Below, in pieces: positions 8,320 to 17,654 of a stretch of DNA of 64,000 bases (positions are counted from its first letter, which is position 1; every line of letters begins with the position of its first letter). The notes beneath the pieces are model-generated. The model was not told where the DNA came from. It was given only the letters and a program-made list of their open reading frames with translations, and did not search any database. Source of the DNA: Nitrosarchaeum sp. (GTDB taxonomy: Archaea; Thermoproteota; Nitrososphaeria; Nitrososphaerales; Nitrosopumilaceae); contig OZ245020.1 in NCBI GenBank assembly GCA_965223865.1, positions 992,001 to 1,056,000 of the forward strand. Direction: 5' to 3'. Position numbers and translations under genes: made by a program.

Positions 8320-11207
8320 GTGGCTAAATTTGTTCAGGCTGCATTATTTGTAATAGTAATTTTAGCAACTGGTTCAATTATCGGTTCATTTCCATTTGTT
8401 TCTCCAGCACAAGCAGTTAATGCCAATCTATTTGTCTCTGCAGAAAATTCATCATTTAACAATCGTGTATCAGGCCCACAAATAATCGAGGTTGTGGTTC
8501 GTGATCAAAACATCAGTGATACTGGAAAAGGACTAGGAGAACCTGATGTGACAGTAAATGGTAAAGACTTTAGGATGATTCAGGCAACTGATGGAAATTG
8601 GTATGGCTATTTTGCAGACAGAAAACAAGCTCAGATTGCAGATGGTACTGTAGGGTTACCTGGCAAAGGACTAGACTTTGGGACATTTTGCTCACGTGAT
8701 ACGTCTGTTCTTGGTTTTTCTGTGAGTGACTCTGAAGGTGTTGCAATACCAGTGCACGGTTCAGGCATTGGTGGAGAAAATGGTGCAAAAACTCCCGACC
8801 CAATTTCAGACTCTTGTTCGTTTTCATCTCCTTATACTACTGGAACAATGAATGTAGTAAGACAAGCTAAAACCATCAACCAAGGCAGTGGTTCTATAAA
8901 TCTTGGACAGATTGGTTTGGCATCACAAGATCTTTGGCCTTTCGTCCAATTATATGATTTTTCAAAAGGAGGTAACATTATTGTCCAGTATAACAGAGGA
9001 GGAGGTCCACAACAGACTACCCTGACTTTTGATACTGCTGAAAAGTCTATTAATTTTAATCTGGACAGATCATCCTATCCTAGATCATCTGATGTAAACA
9101 TACGAATTGCTGACTTGAATCTCAACATTGATCCTACTTCTGAGGATTCTTGGTCTTTTGGAACAAATCCGTCAAATCCCTCTACATATTACATGCTCTA
9201 TGAAAGCAGTGGAAAAGCAGATGCTGATGGAACAGATGGCGCAGTAAATCTCATTCCAACTCTTAGTGCAATGATGTTCAAAGAGAATGGAATCTTGAAA
9301 ATCAATCCAAGCACCCAAGGACAATCAAATGTTGTAACCATAAAGGATAATGCAGACTCTCAAACCAATGGTGATGGTGAAAAGACAATCTCTGATGTGG
9401 CATCCAATGGGAGTTCATTGTCTTCTGGCAGCCAACCCATTACACTAACAGAGACAGAGCCCAAAAGTGTCCAGTTACTCCCGAATCAGGATTTACAAAA
9501 TTAGACAAGAACAAATCCGGTGTGTTATCAAGGTTTGATTCAGCTCCCACTGCCAAAGGCAGTAGTTACTGCATCTTGCAAGGTGATGTAATTACAGTAG
9601 AGTATTCAGACCAAACAGATGCATCTGGTTCTAAAAGAACCACAACTGATTCAGCTGCATTTGATCTTCGCATAGGAGCACTTCAGTCTGATCAACAATC
9701 TTACATCATAGGACGTGATGTCTTGATTACCTTGATTGATCCAGATCTGAACTTTGATTCCAAAAAAGCAGAAACCTTATCACTTGATCTATTAGAATGG
9801 GATTCAGATGACGCCAAAGCTTCCATGGGGAACTTGGGTGGACCAATAACAAATAATGGAAAAGTATTTGATCCTCAACCAGTAGGATTACGTGAGACAG
9901 GAGACTCCACTGGAATATTTCAGACCACAATCGAAGTACCATCAGAGATAAACAAAAAACCAGTGGATAGAGGTGAAACAATCAAAATAACATATACTGA
10001 TTGGGGAACTGCAGGTTCTGACTTTGTTGGCAAAGATGATCAAAAGATACAATTGAAATTTACAACATCAAACTTTCAGTCTTTGATTACATTGGATAAG
10101 AAGATGTATTCATGGACAGACAAAGTCTACGTTACAATCACAGCACCAGATCACAACTTTGATGAAAACAAGATTGATGAGATAGGCTCAAAGTCTATAA
10201 ACGAGATCAAGATATCGACTAGGGGTAATAATCTCAAACAATACAAGCTTACAGAGACAGGAACAAGCTCAGGATTTTTTGCAGGTGAGGTAATACTGAC
10301 TGGTTTCAAGCATGATGCAGACGGAAACCCAAGGACTGGAGACATTGATGGAATTGACACAAGACCAAGGACAGAACCCAAGACAGGCGGTGGTCCAACT
10401 AATGGATTTTTAGAATCTAAAAATGATGATGGGCTGACTGTATCATTTCAATTTTCAGACAGAGAAACCGTTACTGGTTCTGCGTTGATCAGATGGAACA
10501 TCGGCAATGTGGAATGGCTTCAAGCAACAACCTCAGCTAATGGCAACGGCATAGTTCGTGTGATTGATCCTGACATGAATCTCAATCCTGAAACCATAAA
10601 CAACTTTTCAATTGATGTGTGGTCTGATTCTGACCTTGGAGGCATTGACTTGGCAGTAACTGAGACGGGTCCTGCAACCGGAATATTTGAGGGACACGTC
10701 ACTTTTTCAAGCAAGGATCAATCTTCAGGCCACAGACTTCGTGTATCTGATGGCGATACAGTAACTGCAAAATATGAAGACAATACATTGCCAAAACCAT
10801 ACACCAGGGCAGATGAGCTCAAAATTTCAGCAAGCACCTTTGTTGGACCTGTTATCCCTCCATTAGAAAGGGTACCTGTCTCAAGCCACAAAGTAATTGA
10901 TTCGTTTGGCAGTAGTATCAACCAAATCAAGGTCAATCAACAGATTCAGATTACAGCCAACATTGCAAACAAAAACATTACAGATCAACCCTTCACATAT
11001 TTGGTTCAGATTCAGGACTCATCAGAGGCAGTGCAATCCTTATCATGGATTACTGGAAAACTGGCTACAGGACAGACTTTTTCACCTGCAGTGTCCTGGA
11101 TTCCTGAAAATTCAGGAAAATACACTGCCACTATATTTGTCTGGCATAGTTTGGAGAATCCAATGGCACTAAGTTCACAACTTGAATTTTCAATTGATGT
11201 AACATAA
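8320..11207 (+). pseudogene. Thaumarchaeal S-layer-type Ig-repeat surface protein split by an out-of-frame internal deletion (ORFs 8320-9504 and 9522-11207)
   Basis: Signal peptide, NANLFVSAEN, GEPDVTVNG..RM.QATDGNWYGYFAD N-terminus; LRETGDSTGIFQ and ETG..SG.F repeats; SLSWITG C-terminal domain; frame break at ~9460-9470. Confidence 0.8.
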
Positions 11208-11890
11208 AACATTAATCGCGTGCGTCTGTTCTATTATTCCCATCGGTTAATCTTTTTACAAATGAGTTGACTTTATTCTGATGCAAATCAACTAGTTAAC
11301 TACAAATAATTTTTATTCAAAATTCTTCTGTCTTAATTATCTGATATTGGATATTCATTTCATGATGCAACAAATCATACTGAACAAAAAGAAATGTGAA
11401 TCAGAAAAAGCAGAAAATCAAACGTCATTATCCTGTCTGGCTGGAAGTGATGCCAAAAACGCTCTTCCTGCCAATAACATATGCCAAATCAATGCAATGG
11501 ATTTGATAGGTTTGTCTTGGATATTTGCAAAGGAGGATGATTTTGATATATGTTAGAGACAATAGAAACTTCACTGTATCTATTAGAATACCAAATCAAT
11601 ATTCCCTAATTAACTTCAGACAACGACTCAAAAAAAGAAAGACAGAACCAACGTTTGATGCTGAAATATTGGAAGCCTACAAGTGATTTAACTTAGTGTT
11701 CTAAAAGAAGGTGAGAAAATGAAAATACGATACAAGAAGACAAGATTTGGCATATGGCCAGAATGTTAATTGGTTATTTTTTTCATTTTTCTTTATGTTT
11801 AATTGCTATCAAATATTTGAAACAATTTGCTCTCTCAACATTGAAAATTATATTCTGTCTTTAAATTCATAAATGTAGAAATTAATAAAA

Positions 11891-12718
11891 TTGAAAAACG
11901 GTATTGTGGTAATAATTTTTGCATTAACTATAATTCCGTTATTATCTTACAATGCGTTTGCTGAATCAATTTATGACATTAACATTCCTTCTGGTTCTGC
12001 AGACAAAACTGCTCCATTTCATTGGATAAGTGAAAAAGATGGAGATACCTCAGGATTTATTGAGATTATTGTAAATGATTCAATTCAATGGAAAAATGGA
12101 GATACAGTTACACATACAGTTATTTCTGGAACTCCTCAAAAAGGACCTGATCAGATATTTGATAGCGGAAGACTTGGTCCTGGACAAACATTTGTGCATA
12201 AATTTACAGAGACAGGAAAATTTCCATATTATTGCACCATACATCCTTGGAGAGAAGGTCTTGTAGATGTGGTTAGTGGGTACAGTATTTTGCCAAATGT
12301 AGCTTCTGATATAGGAGATGGCATGAAAACCTTCGATATAGAATACAAGTTTAACAGATTAGTCAATCGTGCAAGTATTGATGAAAGTTCAAAATCAATT
12401 TTATTTGAACTAAAAGGAAGAACCATAAGCGATGAAAATACCCTTACCATGTTACTGCCCTCTACCCTGATCACCGGAATCTCCTCAGTATCCGTGGATG
12501 GTGTTATGACAGAAAATTTCACTCAAGAACTTGAGGAAGATATTACTAAATTTACAATTACTGAAATTTCTCCTACTGCAAAGTCAATTACGATAATAGG
12601 TGCCACCATAATTCCAGAATTTGCAGAAATTGTTTTTGTAATTCTAACAATTTCTATTGCAGGAACAATTATTGCATCTAAAAAGAAATTAGTCTCAAGA
12701 AATATCCAGTTTAACTAA
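11891..12718 (+). CDS. Cupredoxin (plastocyanin-like) surface protein with PEF-CTERM sorting signal
   Basis: W.N.D...HTV.SG, FDSG, YYCTIHPW; C-terminal IIPEF followed by a TM helix and KKK. Confidence 0.88.
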   Translation: MKNGIVVIIFALTIIPLLSYNAFAESIYDINIPSGSADKTAPFHWISEKDGDTSGFIEIIVNDSIQWKNGDTVTHTVISGTPQKGPDQIFDSGRLGPGQTFVHKFTETGKFPYYCTIHPWREGLVDVVSGYSILPNVASDIGDGMKTFDIEYKFNRLVNRASIDESSKSILFELKGRTISDENTLTMLLPSTLITGISSVSVDGVMTENFTQELEEDITKFTITEISPTAKSITIIGATIIPEFAEIVFVILTISIAGTIIASKKKLVSRNIQFN

Positions 12719-13168
12719 TTTATTGAATTGTAAATAAATTAAAATTGAAGGATAGTATTTTTACAAAACACACAATTCTTCTCTTACTAACTGATGTTGA
12801 ATTGGTTCTTTTTTGGAGAGAAATATGATAAGTCTGCAAAATTATTTTCTGAGTACATGAGTCTTCTAATAAGGCTAGCAATATTAATCTCAGTTGCAGT
12901 TTATGAAAGAAGACAACTTTTCAATTCTTCGGTGTCATTTACACATTTTCATTTGTCACTTTATGTTATTATACAAGGATAGTATTGTTCAGAAATGGGT
13001 CTGATGCATTTAGTTGATCTAATATTCGTTTCAGATCAAAAAGTAACTAGTTATAGATATTATCAGCTTTTGTTTTAATTATAAAATAAAATTTATTTGT
13101 CGTATATTTATTGTATCTTCGTTGTTTCTTTCTTTTTAATTTATTGCAAATTTCAACATAGGAGAATG

Positions 13169-14473
13169 TTATAATTTTTCTTTTATTCCTGCATAACGAA
13201 GGAATTTTTTTGGATGCTCTTCTACTAATTTTTTAATTCTTATCCTGTCTGCTTTTGAAATACCTTTTGTGTTTTTCATTATCTCATCGACTAATTCATA
13301 GCTTGTTTGAGCCCCTTTGTATAACCCTAAATGAAATAATACGGGTAGTTTGGATAATTGATCATTTGTTTTTAGGACTACCGCTTCTGGAGACTTTGTA
13401 TTTATTGCTTTTATTTGAAGTGATTTGTCAACTGCAGTTCCAAAAAGATCTGATAATCCAGAGCTGATGCTTTGCTCAAGCTTTGTGTTTTTTTCTTTTT
13501 TTGCAATTGATACTATGCGTTTTATCTTCAGAATGACCTGATTTTCTATTATTCCTTCAAAGTCTAGTGCTGTTAATTCGACTCCAAAACACGTTTGAAA
13601 ATAGTCAATAATGTATGATAAGGCTTCCTTTCTGCATGCTGCCTTTGTTGTTCCAAAAGGGCAGTTATCGCAATTAGTAGTATAGTATCGCGAACCCCTA
13701 TCACCAAAACTGGAAAGAACAATCTTTTCATTTTTTCTTAGTTTTGATATTGTTCTTGAAATCGTAGCCTCATCAATTCTCAGAATGTCCGATATTTCTT
13801 TGGCAGAAAATGATCCTTCATCAATTAATTCAAGAATTTCTTTTTCAATTTCTCCCGGAGATCTTCTAGATGATTCTCCTATTTCGTCTCCAAGATAATG
13901 CCATACTAGTTTGTCATCTAATTCATGATTGATTTTTAATGTTTTTTCATCAAATTCAGCTACAAAACCAGAAGCGATTTCATTTTTTAGTATTTTTCTA
14001 ATGATTTTTGGTATGCTTTTAATTTTAAATTCTTGTAATAATTCAGAAACTTCCTTGACTGTGATTTTGGGTTTTCCTGAACGCCAAAGATAATACAGTG
14101 CCCATCGAACTTTTCTATCATCGCTTCTTTCAATTCTTCTAAGTGTACTGCAAAACTCATCAAGTCTTTCCCATTTCAGATCTGCACATGATGATTCGTC
14201 ATTTTTTATCATTAATGTTTTATCAAGTTTTTTGCAAAAGTCCTCCACCAATTTTTTTTGTTCATATTTTTTTGTAGGAATTGGTCTTTTTGGTTTTACT
14301 AATTTTGTTCTTTTTAGGAATAGTTCAAGTAAAACTCCCTTATCTATGAAATCTTGTTTTCGCAAATCATCAGTCTCAAACTTTAGCGTTTCTAAAAAAT
14401 CAAGATCATTGTTTTGAATTGAAGAAGGTGCAAAGGTTTTAAGTCCAGATAATGACCCTTTTGACAATCCCAT
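13169..14473 (-). CDS. Winged-HTH DNA-binding protein with a Cys cluster
   Basis: SAKEISDILRIDEATISRTISKL HTH followed by CDNCPFG....AC. Confidence 0.75.
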   Translation of the reverse strand: MGLSKGSLSGLKTFAPSSIQNNDLDFLETLKFETDDLRKQDFIDKGVLLELFLKRTKLVKPKRPIPTKKYEQKKLVEDFCKKLDKTLMIKNDESSCADLKWERLDEFCSTLRRIERSDDRKVRWALYYLWRSGKPKITVKEVSELLQEFKIKSIPKIIRKILKNEIASGFVAEFDEKTLKINHELDDKLVWHYLGDEIGESSRRSPGEIEKEILELIDEGSFSAKEISDILRIDEATISRTISKLRKNEKIVLSSFGDRGSRYYTTNCDNCPFGTTKAACRKEALSYIIDYFQTCFGVELTALDFEGIIENQVILKIKRIVSIAKKEKNTKLEQSISSGLSDLFGTAVDKSLQIKAINTKSPEAVVLKTNDQLSKLPVLFHLGLYKGAQTSYELVDEIMKNTKGISKADRIRIKKLVEEHPKKFLRYAGIKEKL

Positions 14474-14929
14474 TTGTTTTTAGACTTGATCAACCTTTCC
14501 TATAAAGTCATCTAAATGACAGTAGTAAAATAATTTGTTATTGAAACTAAATTGTCAAAATAGGATAATTCTTTCTGGCATTCCTGCGCTTTTGATTTTG
14601 TTGCTTTTGTTCCATCATTGAATTATAATTTGGAAACATGTTAAAAAATACCTTATCAATGTCAACTTGTTCTGTCAATTCTTGTCCTTTTTCTTTTTAT
14701 GATTTATGTAAAGCTGGAAATTTGTTTTGGTAGTGGTATAGTTTTTGTAATCTGCGTACTTCATTCAGTTTTCTGTAATCTCTTAAAATATTATTAAATC
14801 AGGTGTTTCTTGTTTTTAACCTGATTAAGATAAACCATTTGATTAAATCTTGAATATAATCAAGTAATTATTAATTTTTGTCAATACTACAGGAAATATT
14901 TTTAATAATATGTTTTACATGTATTACTA

Positions 14930-15745
14930 TTGAAAAAAATTATCGCTGTTTTTCTTTCTGTATTATTGCTTTCTAGTTTTGGCATTTTTAATTCAGCTTC
15001 TGCAGAAAAAGTACCTGCTTGGGTTAAAAATACTGCAAAGTGGTATGGTGACGGAGTAATAACAGAAGCAGAATTTCTAAATGCTATTCGTTATCTGATA
15101 AATAATGGAATCTTAAACTTGGATGAGAAAATTAGACAAGAACAAGTTGTGATGGTAATACCAACACCTGATATTCCAAATGTAGATATGCTTGAAATAC
15201 CAGTTGCAGATCTGGAGAATAAGGATCAAGTTATTGCATCTGATCTTGACTTGCTTACTTTCAAAATAATACAATTACAGGATCTTGCAGAAAATCCGGT
15301 TGTCAGACAGGCAATAATTGACTCTAATAAAAGATTCAAGGCAATGGAGGACCCTGAAACCTACATTTTAGAACGAGATAGAGAATGGAAAAACACTCCA
15401 AAAGACAAACCATCTCCATTTATGGGATCTCTGATTGAAAACAACATTTCAAAAATCCTAAAACAAAAACAAAAAATCTCAACGGAAGAATTTGGTGATG
15501 TGGTATTCCCTGAAATCATAATAACCAATGAATTTGGGGCAAATGTAGCAATTACTGGTAGAACTGACGATTATAATCAAGGAGATGAAGGTTGGTGGCT
15601 CAGAGCTTTAGATCAGGATGTTCATATCAGGGAAGTGCTATGGGACGAGAGTGCAAAAATATTATCTGCAGATATTGTTCTAAAAATTAAAGACAGTCAT
15701 GGTAGGTTCATCGGAGTTCTTAATGCTGCTACTCCAATCAGATAA
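14930..15745 (+). CDS. Secreted protein: thaumarchaeal PxWxKN..W module plus Cache/PDC-like sensor domain
   Basis: Signal peptide; VPAWVKNTAKWYGDGVITEAEFLNAIRYLINNGIL; EIIITNEFGANVA.T..T.DY.QGDEGWW...WDESA..GRFIGVL. Confidence 0.75.
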   Translation: MKKIIAVFLSVLLLSSFGIFNSASAEKVPAWVKNTAKWYGDGVITEAEFLNAIRYLINNGILNLDEKIRQEQVVMVIPTPDIPNVDMLEIPVADLENKDQVIASDLDLLTFKIIQLQDLAENPVVRQAIIDSNKRFKAMEDPETYILERDREWKNTPKDKPSPFMGSLIENNISKILKQKQKISTEEFGDVVFPEIIITNEFGANVAITGRTDDYNQGDEGWWLRALDQDVHIREVLWDESAKILSADIVLKIKDSHGRFIGVLNAATPIR

Positions 15746-16040
15746 ACTATCACAACTAAGTAAGAATTTTCAAAATATGTGATAATTTTTTACAAAGAAA
15801 AATAGTTTAAGAAAGCATTAAAGAAACACAAAATTTGAATATAGTTACATGCGTGACCATTATCAAAATGGTTAAGTTCAAATCAAAAAATGAAGTTTGA
15901 ATTTGGTATTGTTTGCTTTGTATGTTGCAAGCAAGTCATGATTTTTTAATAATCAGCCTTATAATGTAAATTATGAAGCAACTTTTGCAGGAATTATTTA
16001 AAATTCTGCAGATAATTTTTCAAGAGGAAATTTCACAATA

Positions 16041-17381
16041 ATGAAAAAAGAAATAGTCATACTTGGAGGAGGTTTTGCAGGAACCACTTTGCTAAGACAA
16101 CTTCAGTCAAAATTCAAAAACAATTCTGATGTTAACATTAGTCTTGTAGGAGATGATAATTTCTTTTTGTTTACTCCAATGCTGCCCGAGGTAGCATCAG
16201 GAATGCTGCATGCAGGAGACGTATCCACTCCAATCAGATTGTTTTGCAAACACGCACAGTTTTATCATGCCAAGGCAACATCCGTTGATTTTGAGAAAAA
16301 ACAAGTAAACATAGTTAGGATATTTGATGGAAAGAAAATAATTTTGCAGTATGATTATCTGATTTTTACATTAGGAAGTATCGATAATTTTTTTGGAAAT
16401 GAAAATATGAGAAAATACTCTTTTACAATAAAGACACTAGAAGATTCACTAGCCATACGTAATCACGTTATCAGCATGCTTGAGAGTGCAGACAATGAGT
16501 CAAACATAGAACTACAAGACGAACTGTCAAACTTTGTTGTAATAGGTGGTGGTTTTGCAGGAGTTGAGATAGCTTCTGAAATTAATCACCTAGTGCAAGA
16601 TGCATCAAAAACATATTATCCAAACATAGATCGTGCAAAACTCAAAGTAATTTTGATCTCAGCAAGAGATGGAATATTGCCTGAAGTTGGAGATGAACTT
16701 GGAAAGTTTGCACTTGATTCTCTCAGAAATGACGGCATACAAGTCATTACAAATACAAAGGCATCAGATGCAGGAGAAGATTTCGTAATCTTGGATGATA
16801 ATAACAAAACCAAAATCAATTGCGGCACTTTGATTTGGGCAGGCGGTGTAAGGGTAGACCCCTTGGTAGTATCTCTTGATTGTAAACATCATTCATCGGG
16901 AAGAATAATTGTAGATGAATATCTAAGGATAAAGGATCATGAAGATGTCTATGCACTTGGAGATTGTGCTTATATGATTGACAAAAATAAGGGAATTCCA
17001 TATCCTCCTACTGCACAGATTGCAATAAGAGCAGGCAAAATAACTGCAAAAAACATAATCCATCAAATAACAAAAAGCAACAATACAATTCTTGAACCAT
17101 TTTCTTATCACAACAAAGGAATAATGGCAACAATTGGAAAGAGAAACGCTGTTGCATTGATTGGAGGGAAAAAAATTCATGGTGTTTTGGCATGGATTCT
17201 ATGGAGATTCTTTTATCTCTCAAATCTTCCTACAAATGAGAAAAAAGTCAGAGTTGCACTTGAATGGTTCTTAGATGTGTTCTTCAAACATTCAGACATA
17301 TTAACAGTCGGCATAATAAAGCACAAAGAAGTAACAGAAGAGAATTCTAAACATGATCATCATCCAAGTCAACAGTTATGA
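16041..17381 (+). CDS. ndh: Type II NADH:quinone oxidoreductase-like FAD-dependent oxidoreductase
   Basis: Two GGGFAG dinucleotide motifs, FTPMLPEVASG, YALGDCA, PPTAQIA, KGIMATIG. Confidence 0.88.
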   Translation: MKKEIVILGGGFAGTTLLRQLQSKFKNNSDVNISLVGDDNFFLFTPMLPEVASGMLHAGDVSTPIRLFCKHAQFYHAKATSVDFEKKQVNIVRIFDGKKIILQYDYLIFTLGSIDNFFGNENMRKYSFTIKTLEDSLAIRNHVISMLESADNESNIELQDELSNFVVIGGGFAGVEIASEINHLVQDASKTYYPNIDRAKLKVILISARDGILPEVGDELGKFALDSLRNDGIQVITNTKASDAGEDFVILDDNNKTKINCGTLIWAGGVRVDPLVVSLDCKHHSSGRIIVDEYLRIKDHEDVYALGDCAYMIDKNKGIPYPPTAQIAIRAGKITAKNIIHQITKSNNTILEPFSYHNKGIMATIGKRNAVALIGGKKIHGVLAWILWRFFYLSNLPTNEKKVRVALEWFLDVFFKHSDILTVGIIKHKEVTEENSKHDHHPSQQL

Positions 17382-17452
17382 CTGCCAAAGAGAAACTCTT
17401 GCATGTAAAAAAACTCATCAACTTTTTTGTATGTTGGAAATTATTACTAATC

Positions 17453-17530
17453 ATGAGATGTGTAAATTGTGGAAACCAAGCAAGCTGGCGAGATTCTACT
17501 TGTAACAAATGTGACTTGCAGTCTTTCTGA
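17453..17530 (+). CDS. Candidate 25-aa zinc-ribbon microprotein
   Basis: MRCVNCGNQASWRDSTCNKCDLQSF* (CxxCG-x9-CxxC); below the ORF-track cut-off. Confidence 0.5.
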   Translation: MRCVNCGNQASWRDSTCNKCDLQSF

Positions 17531-17654
17531 TGTAATAGTAAGGGAAAAACAGAAGACTAAGTGTCATGTTGTTAATGAGCAGTTGTGAACACAAAAAAAT
17601 CTCAAAACAAATGAGAAATAGTTTAAATCCCATTGAAACTCACATAAAAATCTC

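Noticed and set aside
11347-11556. 69-aa ORF
   Set aside because: No recognisable motif or coupling; probably decayed or non-coding sequence.
12794-12982. 62-aa ORF
   Set aside because: AT-rich intergenic region with no family features.
14520-14820. Possible remnants of two-component genes (e.g. KQETPDLII on the minus strand)
   Set aside because: Too short and interrupted by stops to support.
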